Of a stretch of DNA of 64,000 nucleotides, positions 40,160-53,580 are shown one piece after another. This stretch comes from Lama glama. Its lineage: Eukaryota. Under the pieces are notes generated by a model. That model did no database searches, had not been told where the DNA came from, and saw only the letters and a list, made by a program, of their open reading frames with translations. Numbering within the stretch: the stretch's first letter is position 1; every line of letters starts with the position of its first letter. The DNA lies in the NCBI GenBank assembly GCA_028534125.1, contig CM052816.1, positions 95,482,001 to 95,546,000 of the forward strand. The letters run 5' to 3'. A program made the translations under genes and the position numbers.

Positions 40160-42110
40160 AGTTGAGGTATAGTTTACATACAGAAAAATAAATCCCTTTT
40201 TAGTTTACAAGGCTGTGAGTTTGGACAAGTGCATGCAGTCACTTAACTACCACACCGTCCAGATATGGAATAATCCCGTTAGCCACAAAATTCCCTTGTG
40301 CCCCTTTGTGGTCAGACCTTCCCCAGCTCCTACTCCCTGGCAGCTACTGACCTGTCTCTTGTCCCTAGATTTTCCAGAATATCATATAGATGGAGCATAC
40401 ACAATGTTAACCTTTGAGTCTGGTTTTTCAGTTAGCGTAATACATTTGAGATTCATCCGTGTTGTGTGTTTATTACTTTTCATTGTTGAGTGGGAGTCCA
40501 TTGTATGGCTATTCCTGACTGTGTTTCACCAGTAGAAAAACATTTGAATTTTCACCAGTAGAAGAACATTTGGATTTTTTTTCCAGTTCTTGATGGTTAT
40601 GAATGAAGTCACTGTAAACATTTGCAAAGTGTTTTTTTGTTTGTTTTTGTGAACACAAGTGTTTGCTGAAGTTGGGTAAACACCTAGAAATAGAATTGCT
40701 GGGTGTATGTTAATGTTTTAAGAAACTGGTTTTCAGCATACCCACCAGCAGGGTATGAGAGTTCCCATTGCTGGACATCCTCGTCAGCACTTGGTTTTCT
40801 GAGTTTTCTCCCCTCATTCTAATAGGTTTGTACTGATTTCTTTTTTAAGGCATCATTTTGCGTTTTCCTAATGATGTAATGGGGAACATCTTTTCATAAT
40901 TTTATTTGCTACCCATAGCAAATCACTTCTTTAGTGCCTGTTTTTAAAATTTTGTTAGCAGGGAAGGTAATTAGGTTTATTTATTTTTAATGGAGGTACT
41001 GGGGTTTGAACCCAGGACCTCATGCGTGTTAGGCATGCACTCTACCACTGAACTATACACTCTTCCATCTTTTGGCTGTTTTTAAAATTGGGTTGTTTGT
41101 TTACTTATTATTGAATTTTGATAGTTCTTTATATATTTAGTTTACAAATATGTATCAGGCATGTTTTGCCAATATTTTCTTCCAGTCTGTGGCTTTCTTT
41201 TTCCTTCATTAGCAGTATATTTTGCAAAGCTGAAGTTTTTAATTTTGATGAAGTCCAGCTTAATCAGTCTTTTACAAGTTGTACTTTCATGTCATGTCTA
41301 AGAAATCTTTGCCAAAGTCACCAAGATATTCTCCTACGTTTACTTTTAAATGTGTTATAGTTTTAGGTTTTACATTAAGGCCTATGATCCATTTTGGGTT
41401 ACATTTTATGGGGATGGGTATGGATTAAGGTTTATTTCTTTTTGCATATGGTCATCCAATTATTCCTGCAGCATTTGTTGAAAAACCTGTCCTTTCTCTT
41501 TTGAATTGCCATCACATTTGTGTTGAAAATCAATAGACAAAATGTATGTGAGTCTACTTCTGGATGATATATTTTGTTCCACAGATCTATGTGTCTATCT
41601 TTTTTCAGTTCCTTACAGTCTCAAGTACTACAGCTTGACGTAAGTCTTAGCTTTGTTCTTTGTAAAAATTATTTTGGCTTTTGCCGTTCTTTTGCTTTTC
41701 CATGTATATTTTAGAATAAGCTGACCAATTTCTACAAAAATGAAGAGGTTTACATTAGGTCTATAGATTAATTAGCTTAGCAATACTGAGTCTTCCAATC
41801 CATGAACACAGTATATCTCACATATAACTCAAGTGTTTACATTTTTTCATCAGTATTTTGTAGCTTTCAGTATACAGATCTTCCACATATTTTGTTGGAT
41901 TTGTACCTAAGTATTTCATTTTTGGGGGCCTATTGTAAATAGTACTTTAAAAAACAGTACTTTTAAAAATCAATTTCCAATTTTTTTTGCTGGTGTATAG
42001 AAGTACAACTGATTTCTATGTATTGACCATGAACTTGCTAAACCCACTTATTAGTCCTTGTAGCTCCTTGTAAGATTCTTCGGGATTTTAATGTGCAGAA
42101 TCTTGTTGGT
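40160..42110 (-). mobile_element. old L1 (L1MB/MC-like) 3' region, containing a nested Vic-1 SINE
   Basis: cccaccagcagggtatgagagttccc, ttttaattttgatgaagtcca, gcagcatttgttgaaaa, gtcttccaatccatgaaca: antisense L1 ORF2/3' UTR landmarks. Confidence 0.8.
40952..41066 (-). mobile_element. Vic-1-type SINE nested in L1
   Basis: ggtaattaggtttatttatttttaatggaggtactggggtttgaacccaggacctcatgcg...tctaccactgaactatacac; TSD-like ctgtttttaaaatt on both sides. Confidence 0.85.
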
Positions 42111-43234
42111 TGCATTTCATTTTTCACTTTCTCTTAAATACATGAAATGGACATATTAAAAATATGAAATGGAGATATCAATTTCTGATATCTGCCTCCT
42201 TTTTATGGATTAGCGAGAGAATTCTGAAAAGCAAGCTTCCCATAAGAAAGATGTCATAACCATTATAATTGTAATGTATTTTAATTAAGAACTCTATTAA
42301 GATAGCAGTTAATATATTTGATAATTATAATTCAAATCCAATATGGTCAGTGCCCTCTAAGATCTATTGCATATCCACAGTATCAGTGCCAGAATGATGT
42401 TAAGCATAATGGAAATTTTATCCTCCAGTGTTTTAAACCTTCAGGAGCCTCTCTAGTTTTTAACATTACCATTTTATAAAGAATAATGGATTGATCTTTA
42501 GATTTGTGGGCCAATATTCATCAGCTGAGGTTATGAGATAATTGTCATAATTCTATAATTATCTTTTAAGAGTGATTTTTGTCTTAATGAGATTAGATTA
42601 TGGTTAATTTCCTTGGCCTAGTTGCCATTTCTTTTCCAAAAATAAAAACACACATGCACATACTGTTTTGCAAGGGACAATGGTGAAATTTTTGATGAAT
42701 CAATGAGTAGTAAATGCAAAGTGGAAAAACTGGAGAATAAACCTCAGTGGTTGGAAATACCAGCCTTAACTTTGTGCTTTATTAAACTTCATTGATAAAT
42801 TTTTTTGTAAAATGGTAAACATATTGAGGAAAGGGAGAAAGTGGAGCATTATCAGTGAATGAATGTGATTTACCTCCTGAAAAATAATTGTTGCAGAATA
42901 TTTAATGACACTTATCCCAACAAAAGAAAGAGTGGGTGATTTTTGGTCATTTTATTAGCTATTATCCAATAGAAATATAGCTTTGATGTGATGTATTTTT
43001 ACCTCTATGCTATATAACATATAAAATTAATGACAAAATTATTTGTGTATTTAAGGAAAATAGATGCAACTTAAAGAAAAATATTATGATTTTTAGTGTT
43101 TTCATTTTTGTCTTAATTTCAGTAACTTTAATATAGTTTTTGAACATAATCAGATTTTCACATACCTTAGTATTTTACCTGATGCTTTTTTTTTTAAAGG
43201 AACTAGTACTTTACTGTTAGGACAGATTTTTATA

Positions 43235-45655
43235 AAGGTATACAATTCAGGGGGTTTTAGTATAATCACAGAGTTGTGCAATCATTGCCACTATCTAAAG
43301 TCAGAACGTTTCCTACATTCCAGAAATAAACCCAATACCCACTAGCAGTAACCCCCTCTTCTACTTCCCCAGCCCTTGGAAACCATTAATCTATTCTGGA
43401 AACTTCATCTAAATGGACTCATACAGTAGGTGGCCCTTTGTGCCTGCCTTCTTTCACTTAGCATGTTTTCAGTGTTCATATATGCTGTGTTATGGCTAAA
43501 TAATATTCCACTGAATGGATATGCCAAATTTTATTATCCACTCATCAGTTGATGGACATCTAGACTGTTTCTGCTTTCTGGCTGTTATGAATAATACTGT
43601 TATAAACATTTGTGTAGAAGTTTTTTGAGGAACTGCCAAACTGTGTTCCAAAGTGGTTGCACTGTTTTCCATTCTCACCAATGATGTTTGAGGGTTCCAG
43701 TTTCTCTACATCTTTGCCAACACTTGTTATTGTCTATCTTTTTTTTTTAATAGCCATTCTAATGAGTATGAAGTGGTATCTCATGGTGGCTTTGATCTGC
43801 ATTTCTCTAATGATGAATGATGTTGAGTTTCTTGTCATGTGCATATTGGCCACATATATATTCTTTGGATAAATGTCCATTCAGATCATTTGCCCATTTA
43901 ATGCATTAGGTGAGTTGTAAGAGTTCTTTAATTATTCTGGATACTAGACTTTTATCAGATATATGATTTATAAACATTTCCTCCCATTCTGTGGGCTATC
44001 TTTTCACTTTCTTGATAGTATCCTTTGAAGCCCAAATGATTTTAGCTTTGAAGAAGTCAAATTTATCTTTCATTGTCTTGTAGTTTTGGTGTCATATCTT
44101 AGAAACCACTGTCTAATTCATGGTCATGAATATTTACATTTATGTTTTCTTGTAGGAGTTTCATAGTTTTAGTTCTTACATTTGGGTCTTTGATTTCTTT
44201 GAAATAAATTTTTGTATATGGTGTGAGGTATATTTGCAACTTCATTCTGTTGTATACAGATATCCAGTTGTCCCAGCATCATTTGTTGAAAAGGCTTACT
44301 CTTTCCCTATTAAATTGTCATGGCACCTTTGTCAAAACTCAACTGACCATACCATAAGTGGCTTAATTTCTGGACTCTCAATTCTATTTCATTGATCTGT
44401 AAGTCTGTTTTTATGCCAGTACCACATAGTCTTTTTTGCTTTTAATTTATTTTTGTTTTTTTTCAGTACCACACAGTCTCGATTGCTGTAGCTTTGTAGT
44501 AAGTTCTGAAATGGAGAAGTATGAGTCTTCCAACTTTCTTCTTTTTCAAGACTGTCTTGGCGATTTCAGAGTCTTTTGCATTTCCACATGAATTTTAGGA
44601 TCAGCTTGTCAATTTCTGTTAAAAAATAGTCATCTGGGGTTTTGATAAATATTTCACCAAATCTGAAGACCAGTTTGTGGAATATTGCCATCTTAACAAT
44701 ATTAAGTTTTTCTTCATGAAAATGAGATATCATTCTATGTATTTAGATCTTTAATTTCTTTTAACTATGTTTTATAGTTTCCCATGTTCAAATCTTGCAC
44801 TTCTTTTGTTAAGACTATGTCTAAATATTTCATTCTTTTCTGTGCTATTGTAAGTGATATTGTTTGCTTAATTTCCTTTCCAGATTGTTCATTGTTAGTG
44901 TATAGAAGTGCAGTTGATCCTTGTGTACTGATCTTGTATCTTGCAACCTTTCTGAACTCGTCTATTAGCTCCAATAGTGTATTTGTGAATCCCTTAGGTT
45001 TCTCTATGCACAATATCATATCATCTAATTTGGGTATTTCAATTTCTTTTTCTTGTCTAAGTGCCCTCCAGTACAGAAATGGTGAGAGTGAGCATCCTTG
45101 TCTTGTTCCTTAGGGGGAAAACTTTCAGTCTTTCAGCATTAAGTATGGTGTTATCTGTGGGCTTTTTTCATAGCTACCCTTTGTCAGAATGAGAAAGTTT
45201 CCTTCTATTCCTAGTTTATTGAGTGTTATGATGAAAGATGTTAGGGTTTGTCAAATGCTTTTTCTGTATCTGTTCAGATGATCATGTGGTGTTTGTTTTT
45301 AATTCTATTAGTATGTTGTATTACTTTGATTGATTTTCATGTATTGAATCAACCTTGCGTTCCTGGGATAAATCTCATTTGGTTATGGTGAATGACTTTT
45401 TCAAATATATGTTCCTGGATTCAGTTTGCTGGTATTTTGTTGATGATTTTTGTGCCTATAGTCATAAGGAATGGCTTGGGGTTTTCTTTTCTTGTGAGGT
45501 CTTTATTTGGTTTCTGTATCAGGGTAATACTAAACTCATAGAATGAGTTGGGAAAAGTTCCCTCCTCTCTCTCTCTTTTTTTTGTAAACTTTGTGAAGGA
45601 GTGATGTTAATCCTTCTTTAAACGTTTGGTAGAATTCATCAGTGAAGCCATATGG
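43235..45655 (-). mobile_element. L1MB-like element, degenerate ORF2 (RT/C-terminal) plus 3' UTR
   Basis: ORF 44765-45019 MILCIEKPK...LLELIDEFRKVARYKIST...LLYTNNEQS is L1 ORF2 RT-domain sequence; many stops and indels. Confidence 0.9.
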
Positions 45656-47152
45656 TTACCAGATGCTTTTGAAGAAAGCAAAATCTGTGTTTATTTTTAC
45701 ATATATAGTGTATTTAGTTTTACATATGTCAAGCACCAACGTATTAATAGTTTGTGTCATAGTTAGGTTGTCACCTTAATAGTTTGCTTATTTAAATCTC
45801 TTTAGAAATAACTCATCTCCTCAAAAGAATTGTTAAAAAATCAGATCCACCATTACTTGATTAGTTGCAAATTTTACATGTTAGTCAGACCAGGGAGTTA
45901 TGTTGGATAGACATAATTTTCTTTTAACTGATTAAAACCGTTAATTGAACATTCATTCAGTGGACATTTATTGCACACGTATTACATGTTAGATTTAGAA
46001 GAGAGACTTTGACATGAGGATAATGTTCTAATTTGCTGCTGCTCATAATCAGCTGTAAAAGTGGAAGTTTGTGATCACCCAAAATAATTGTTTATTTGGT
46101 AATGATCTTTTTTAAACTATGATTTTAATTTGCTCAACTCTTAATCCTGTTATTGGGCATTTAATTATTTATTCCTGTTTGAAAACCTGGCCACTGATTT
46201 CCACTTGATAGCCTCCTTGTTTGCCAAGATCTAATAAAAAACTACTTAAAATTTCTATTCTTTCCAAGACTGTTACATATGACATTTTGTTCTTTCAGAA
46301 ATTAATTATGAAATTATGATTCAACAAGGGTGAGTTGACCTCAGGACTTTAACTAAGAGACACTTGTTTTTAAGAGATTTGCTACCACCATGAATCAAGG
46401 AAGAGGAACATGAAAACAAGATCCTAAGAAAACTTGCTAATTTGATAGTTTCTTGTAGTTCACCTTATCATTGTCTCTCCTTTAAACAAAGCCAGCTACA
46501 AGAAAATATTCTTAGGTGAATAAAAACATGTCCTTTCATGTACTTAAAAAAATCAACTGATGTTTAAAAAGTTTAATTTTAATTACCCCCAGTTCAGAGA
46601 ATTTCAAAGCATTCCTCAGTATGAAGGATATTCTTAGAGGTGGAAAAAAAAAAAAAGAAATTGTGTTACAGCAAAGCAAATGAAAGTCTCAAAGTGAAAA
46701 ATCTGTAGTGAGATGAATCGTCAATCACTCTTCAAGGTCTAATTCTTCCTATTGAATTTTCTTCTTTTGGCCCGGTGACACATTCAGTGAAGGATCATGA
46801 TTTTACATAATTAATTCCATGACTATAAGTACTGAAAAAAGAGAGGTTATTAAAACTTGGGAGACTTCTGAGTCCTAGTAAAACCATTAAGAAGGAACTA
46901 ATGTGATAATAAAATGAAAAGCAATTCAAAACTTATCAGCCTAATAAAGAATATTACCAAATATCGTATCATAATAAAAATCTTTGAAAATGAAACAAAG
47001 GAAAAAAAGCCCCACCAGCTCAGATTAACAATCTGTTATGATGGGTTTGGCCAGTATTAAACCAGCCACGGTACCTTGAAGAGGGTATTTAATTACCAAG
47101 TGATTTGCAGCCAGATTCACAGGAGAGTCATAGGGGGGCTTATAAGCATCTT

Positions 47153-47524
47153 TTTTTTCCAGTTTAATTATGTAGAATTATTACAGTTCGACTGCACATA
47201 ACATTATATTGCATGTAAATACATATGAACAGTATACTGCACATTTTTTTAGTTTTCATATATGTACTAATTATTGTTTCTAAGAACAGTTTAGATCTTT
47301 AGCTTTTTAAACTTACATAGTTATCAAAGGAATAAAGCCAACTACAAAATAAGAATCAATAGAATGTAGTAATCCAATCATAAAGGACAGTCAAATGTAC
47401 TCACACATATTCAAGAAATCAAAGTAATAATTAGTTCATTTGTGTCCTTATTATTAATGTTATTATTTTTTAGATTTTTCATATAAATGATGTCATATGG
47501 CATTTTCTTTCTCTTTCCGGCCCA
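47153..47524 (-). mobile_element. short retroposed insertion: L1 fragment joined to a non-standard 3' segment
   Basis: poly-T at 47151-47158; TSD gggcttataagcatctt (47136-47152) / ggacttgtaagcatctt (47525-47541); L1-like 47425-47520. Confidence 0.65.
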
Positions 47525-48149
47525 GGACTTGTAAGCATCTTGACATCAACATCATACATGCAAAGTCTAGCCACAAATACTGTCTCTCCTCTGGTACTCA
47601 CCTGCCTTTTCTGTGATCCAGTTAGAAGCAATTCTTTCCTCTGCAAGGCAGTGAGTTACCCATACTATGCATTGAAATAACACCATTCTGCCAAGAAGCA
47701 CAGAATATTTCCTCTCTGTGAAGGGAGCTGGACATCAAGAAATGCTTTGTTGCAGTTGGCAATACATAAGGTCTGCCGCCCTCCATCTTTACAGTCCTGA
47801 AGGGAAGAGAGCATCGTGTCCAGCCTGGCCTCTAACTCCTTACTACAGAAGAAAGGCTGGCTTTCCCCTGAGGGGACCTGTGCACATTCCAACTTGTTTC
47901 CACGTGGGAGCACACAGCGATTCCATTTCATATGCACCAGAAAGCAGAAGATGAGACACTGAGCAAATTCAGTGAATCAGAATCACAGAAACGTCAGGTG
48001 CTCTTTCCTACTCCGAGTGCCCACTCTCACCATAACATCCCTCATCCATTCCTCTTCACACTCTTCCATTCCTGTTTTGCTTCCCTCTCCCTCATCTCCT
48101 TTCTTCAGGGCTCTCCTCCTCCCAGTGCCCATAAGTTACTTCTGGGTGC

Positions 48150-48612
48150 TGTCGACGGGAGAGAAATGCACAGCCCAAAAGTTGAGAGTTATGTTTTATT
48201 CAGGGACCTTACTGAGAATGATAGCCCGGGAGACCGGCTCTCAGATCGCTGTGGAACTGCTCCAAAGAGGTGAGGGGAGAGCCAGAATTTGTAGGAGATT
48301 TTGCTGAAAAACAAAAAACAAACAAAAAACCCCACGTAGTTGAACATCAAAATATTACTACTAATCACAAAAAACCCAGACATCTCAAGTTGATGATTTT
48401 AGTGCTTCGCTATATATGGGAAGATGCAAGAGTCTGGGCTCACTGAAATCACTCCTTTGCCCTGCATCTTAGCTGTCTAGGGCCAGGCTCCTTTTTTCTC
48501 CATCCTGAGTTCCCCCGGGGCTCACCATTGGGATGGCAGCAGGGGCTGCTGGTTTGATGGCTGACAGACATTCTTCATTTACTGAAATGGCCGGTGACAT
48601 TCGTTGTCTACA
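48150..48612 (-). mobile_element. MER41-like ERV1 solo LTR (cetartiodactyl type)
   Basis: TGTCGAC...GTCTACA termini; aaagttgagagttatgttttattc, ctctcagatcgctgtggaactgctccaaagagg, gggaagatgcaagagtctgggctcactgaaatc match recalled MER41_BT-type consensus. Confidence 0.8.
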
Positions 48613-49029
48613 GCACCCAACAAAGTCTTATAAATCTCACTGTTTTTGACTCCCCTCTCACAAAACCCGTGCTTATGAGGTTTCCCAGGATAATCTCCAG
48701 TAATTATAAGACTGGAATGGACTTTGAGAAAATTTAATCGAACTCCCTCAGGTTGGAAAAGCAGTGACTGAGAAAGTAACGTGCCCCAGGTCATGCAGGA
48801 GGCGGCTGGGCTGGCATGGGAACGCAGGTCCTTGGACCTTGCTCGATGCCTGATTAGTTAATTCACACCAGGCTGGTTAATAGCCAATGGTGGCAAGTTG
48901 TCAAATCTCTAAAATGTCTTTCAGAATTGTATAGAGCCATTGGATGAATCAGTATGGTACATCTTCTTGAGCATCAATTCAGCTAGAGCTGATTTTGGAA
49001 AAAAAATTGTACTGTGTTGATTAAGCTAT

Positions 49030-49605
49030 TGTGTCTCAGCTCCCCCCACCTTTCCATGTTCAGGGTGGCAGTGTTGGGCTGAGACTCAGTGCTGCTTTGC
49101 AGCGGCTCCTTTTAAGGTTCTGCCAAAAAGGGGGCGCTAGAGGGTATCTGTGGGCTGGAGGAGGAAGAAGGGACCTCCTTCTTCCTGTTTGCTTCCTGTT
49201 AGGGACCACCCAGGGACTGACTGCCTGGTGACAGTTCCTTACCTTGCAGCATCAGGTGTTTCAGTAGCAACGGTTGCTCTCAGTTTACGGGTTTTCCCGC
49301 ATGCCCAGAACTCGTCTCTTTGGTCCCTTAGAAACACCCCCACTGCTGTTCATGTCTCTGTGGCAGTGACCCGGATCCCCTTGGAGACTCTTCCTCTCCG
49401 CTTCTGGGTTTAATGATCCCAGCCTCTTCCTTTGTTCCTCAGCCCTGGGGTGTTAGTTGCTTTCTGCATTACAACCTCTGTGAACCTCAGTGCCCCCTAT
49501 TTGCATTTTTTAGGTCACCAATGCTTGGTTATCAATGTTTTATGTTAAATTCTCAGTTAAAATATGGGTGTGGTTTCTGTTTTCTGACCATACTCTGAAT
49601 GATAC
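49030..49605 (+). mobile_element. LTR33-like ERVL LTR (tentative)
   Basis: ends tgttaaattctcagttaaaatatgggtgtggtttctgttttctgaccatactctgaatgataca. Confidence 0.5.
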
Positions 49606-51209
49606 AAGTACTTTAATCAGTATTAACTATTATATTAAAATAATCATGAATATGTATGGGATAGAGCATAAAATTAATTTACATTTAAAAGACAAAACAG
49701 GAACTGCTTCAGAGGAATTTGACACCTCTTAAGAAATGCCTCCCGCCTTCCCTTCCAAACACCTCCATTATCTTCTGTTGGGATACCTTAGTGTGGAAGT
49801 TTAAGAAGCATGAGTTTGGGTTTAATGAGTTACTGCTGAGGATATAATAACACTGGAGTAGGGACTTCCAGAGACTAATGCCTTCATTTAAAAAGATGGA
49901 GACGGCAGCATGGTTGGGAGGATAACTTTTGGCAGCTCTCCACAAACTTTACGTGTGAGCAAGTCAGAGATTAAAAGTGTGTAACTTTAAATGACACTAT
50001 TCAAGTAATGATCAGAAAATGGCATTGGGTCTGTATCAGCAGCACTGTTTTCCTGAACTCTATAAAATTCTAACAGAAAGTTTCAGCTCGAGCTGAGTTG
50101 CCCACTCCATATGGACTGAGTAGTTCATGCATGAATCAGAGCTTTAACCAGCCCCTGGAGATGGCATAAGTTACAACTTGTGATTCGAGCTAGAGCTAAA
50201 CCAGCAGCTGTGGTTTGTTCTGTTCACTGATCAGTGAAGCTTCTGTTTCACATTGGAACACCCATGCATATGCTTGGCAGGCTGATGGAGTCTTGTTTGC
50301 AACTCCCAGAGAAGACATAACCACGGAGCATCACCCTTCTTGAGCAGGCTCCCAGTGTTCTTCTTGAAGTAAACAAGGCAAGAGAACAGCAAGAGAGGAA
50401 ACTCATTCTTGAGAGCATATCAAACACTAATTCATGCATGATGCAGTTTAGTGTCAGGAGACAAGTCAATCTTGCATTTCTAAAGTTGTAAACACAGTGG
50501 TAACAGTATAAACAGGTACACAGCCTCCTTGTCCTCCAAATAGAAAACCAGGGCATGGAAGTTATACTGTGGTCAAAAGCAAAGAACCCTCCAGTAACAG
50601 TTGGCTAAGACATGTGCAATAGGTTGGAATCAGTGAAGCTGCACATGTGAGTTTGGGTCAGACCCATGGAGGTTATGGGATGTAGGAGTACTTTCTTCTA
50701 CTGTTAAATGAGTGAAATTGCAGTAATATGAATGACAAGATAATCTTTATGAGAAGGGAACTCCTGAAAGAGTGACCTGAGCCTAGAAGAGGACCCACCC
50801 CATCTTTTTGCCTGATTGATGGTCAGCAGTAGAGAGCAGAGAGAATCTGTGATAGGAGAATTACCTATAAGAAAACATCTTCTTTCCATTCTAGCTGGCA
50901 GAAGCTTCCTTAAGTCATGGAAACACAGAATAGGAAATTCCAGCACACTGGAGCTGGTTCCATGGCAGAGATACTCTTACCTAATTACAGGTAACTTTTT
51001 GGATTCCATAGCTCATATCCTCAAAAATAACCAAGACTAATAGAGTTAATTCACTTGAGAAACAAAAACTTAAACACAACACAGAAATAATTCACTTACT
51101 GGGTTGTATTTTTAGAAATGAAAGCCATTTCTCCCCCAAAATGTATTTCAATGTAGCCTAGTTCCATGAGATGCTCCTGAGAAGTTCTGCAGTGAAGAAA
51201 CCTGTTTAG

Positions 51210-51722
51210 CTCATGAAAAGATGCTCAACATCACTAATTATCAGAGAAATGCAAATCAAAACTACGATGAGGTATCACCTCACACCAGTCAGAATGACCA
51301 TCATTAAAAGGTCCACCAACAGTAAATGCTGAGGAGGGTGTGGAGAAAAGGGAACCCTCCTACACTGTTGGTGGGAATGTAGTTTGGTGCAGCCACTATG
51401 GAAAACAGTATGGAGTTTCCTTAAAAAACTAAAAATAGACTTACCATATGATCCACCAATCCCACTCCTGGGCATATTTCTGGAAGAGATGAAAACTAAC
51501 TTGAAAAGATACACACATGTAATGTTCATAGCAGCACTATTTACAATAGCCAAGACAAGAAAGCAACCTAAATGTTCATCAATGGATGATTGGATAAAGA
51601 AGATGCGGTATACACACACACACTTACACAATGGAATATTACTCACCTATAAAAAAGAATGAAATAATGCCATTTGCAGCAACATGGATGGACCTAGAGA
51701 TGATCATACTAAGTGAAGTAAG
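51210..51722 (+). mobile_element. L1 ORF2 C-terminal fragment
   Basis: catgaaaagatgctcaacatcactaattatcagagaaatgcaaatcaaaac; peptide [30 protein letters not shown]. Confidence 0.92.
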
Positions 51723-51806
51723 AATATAACTTGTCTTGTTTTTTCATAAGCCTCTATAACAAGAAAAGCCACATTCAGGACCAGTTTAGTCACTGAGCAC
51801 CACCGC

Positions 51807-52082
51807 CTGCATGGACTGAATTGTGTCCACTGAAATCGAATGTTGGAGCCTTAACCCCCCAGGAGGCTACACCTGGAGGCTGGACCTTTAGAGAGAAGGT
51901 TAAGGCTAAACAGGATTATAAAGGTGAGGTGCTAATCCAACAGGATGGGTCTCCAGGGAAACTGTCTCTGCTGACACCTTGATCTTGGCCTCCCAGCCTT
52001 CAGAACTGTGTGAAAGCAACTTTGGCTGTTTAAGCCACTCCATCTGTGGTATTTTGTTACACCAGCCTGAGGAGACTAACAC
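51807..52082 (+). mobile_element. MLT1A/B-like LTR, internally deleted
   Basis: atggactgaattgtgtcc...gctgacaccttgatcttggcctcccagccttcagaactgtg...gtggtattttgttac. Confidence 0.75.
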
Positions 52083-52261
52083 ACCTCTGGATGAAGAGGC
52101 TAACATGCATACTGGAGCAGTGACTGACTGGGGTTTTTAAGTTACATTTCTTGGGGAGGGAATAAGTGAATTTTGTTTAAAGGAAGAAAACTGAGCTGAC
52201 TGGCTGCTAGAGAGGCGGATTGCAGCCTTATGGTTAGGACTCTTTAGAGCTGTTAAGATAG

Positions 52262-52580
52262 ATTGTATTTCCATGGCCTCTCAGAGATCACATAGTCACG
52301 TGGCTCCTTTGGCCAATGAAACATGAGCAGAAGTGACAGGTGTTTTGTCCCTTAGGAGCTCATGCAGGATTTGCCATCTCGCCTTCCCTCTGCCACAGCA
52401 TGTGACATTCCAGATGGTAGAGTGTCTGTCAACCTGTGTCCCTGAGTGCAGGTGACATGGAGCAGCGTCCCAGCCAATCTACAATAGTCACAAGCAGGGT
52501 GAGAGATAACATTTACAGCCATTGAGATTTTTGGGACCGTTTATTATCGTGACACAACCTGGTCTATCTCGATTGATCTA
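52262..52580 (+). mobile_element. old MLT1 (H/I-like) LTR
   Basis: gtcacgtggctcctttggccaatgaaacatgagcagaagtgac...cagccattgagatttttggg. Confidence 0.6.
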
Positions 52581-53304
52581 ACCAATAATAAGGGCATGGA
52601 AAATTTCCAGAATTCTCATAGAAAGTTTGATTGTGAATATGATTAATTCAGTGTACTGGAGTTTGTCCTTCATGAGATGAAGTAGAGCATGTATCGGAAG
52701 ATGTGGATCAATCACTGAGCTGTCCTTTGTACTCAAAGCTAATGCTATTGAATCATTGTGGGAAGACCTTGTTTTAAGTTAATTTGTCAGTAGTGGTAAT
52801 GGAGTCTCAAAACCATTCACTCTCCTCCACTCCACTGCATCTAGTAAGGTGAGGGTTATACGTAATCATCCACCAGAGCCATCCTTGGCCTCAGACCCAC
52901 AATGTCAGTTCTGTTCACTTTGTGCTGCAACAGATGGGCACGAACAGTTGAGAGCACCGAGGCAGAGTCATCAGTGCATCTTCAGGTCATGCTAGTTTCA
53001 ACGTGAGCCACACACCAGGAGCAAGGAGTGGCCACCCACAGACTGCACGTTTGTAAGATCAAGGTATGGCGACCTGAGGAACACGTGTTGTGTACCTTCG
53101 TGAATAATGAGACTGGCAAGGAAGTTTTACCATGTGCAATTTCAGTAACTCATTGATAAAATTCTAAGAATGTGGTCTGGTACACTGTTATAATAGGGAG
53201 CTAAGATGCTTGAAACATTCTATGGAATAGAATGCATGCTTGTCTGTTGTATAGTTGCATCTTTGTTCTTTAACAAGGTCTCAGAAAGCAGAAAATATCA
53301 AGGC

Positions 53305-53305
53305 T

Positions 53306-53371
<66 letters not shown>
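53305..53371. repeat. compound (TG)n(AG)n microsatellite
   Basis: directly visible. Confidence 0.95.
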
Positions 53372-53376
<5 letters not shown>

Positions 53377-53580
53377 TGAAGAGGAAACTCTAGGGAAAGA
53401 CTGCAGATGAGAGAGAAGGTGGAGTTTCAGTGTTAAATCAAAGCAGGGTCCCTTTCTTCAGAAACTGTCTTCTGCCACATTTGCTTAGGAAGTCATTTTG
53501 TGCAGTGTGGCCCTGCTTTCCCTGCCACAACTGATTGCCCAAGGGGGCTCTTGACCCAAACCGGGCTCTTCTCTGGGCTT

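Noticed and set aside
40524..40575. 26-bp tandem duplication (also an 18-bp one near 57645-57690 and an 11-bp one near 30800-30822)
   Set aside because: Ordinary two-copy slippage duplications in decayed repeats or intergenic DNA; no spacers, so not CRISPR-like or an array.
49121..49140. CTCF-like gggggcgcta motif (weaker one near 29117-29133)
   Set aside because: The 5' half of the core mismatches the consensus; unsupported without a PWM score or ChIP data.
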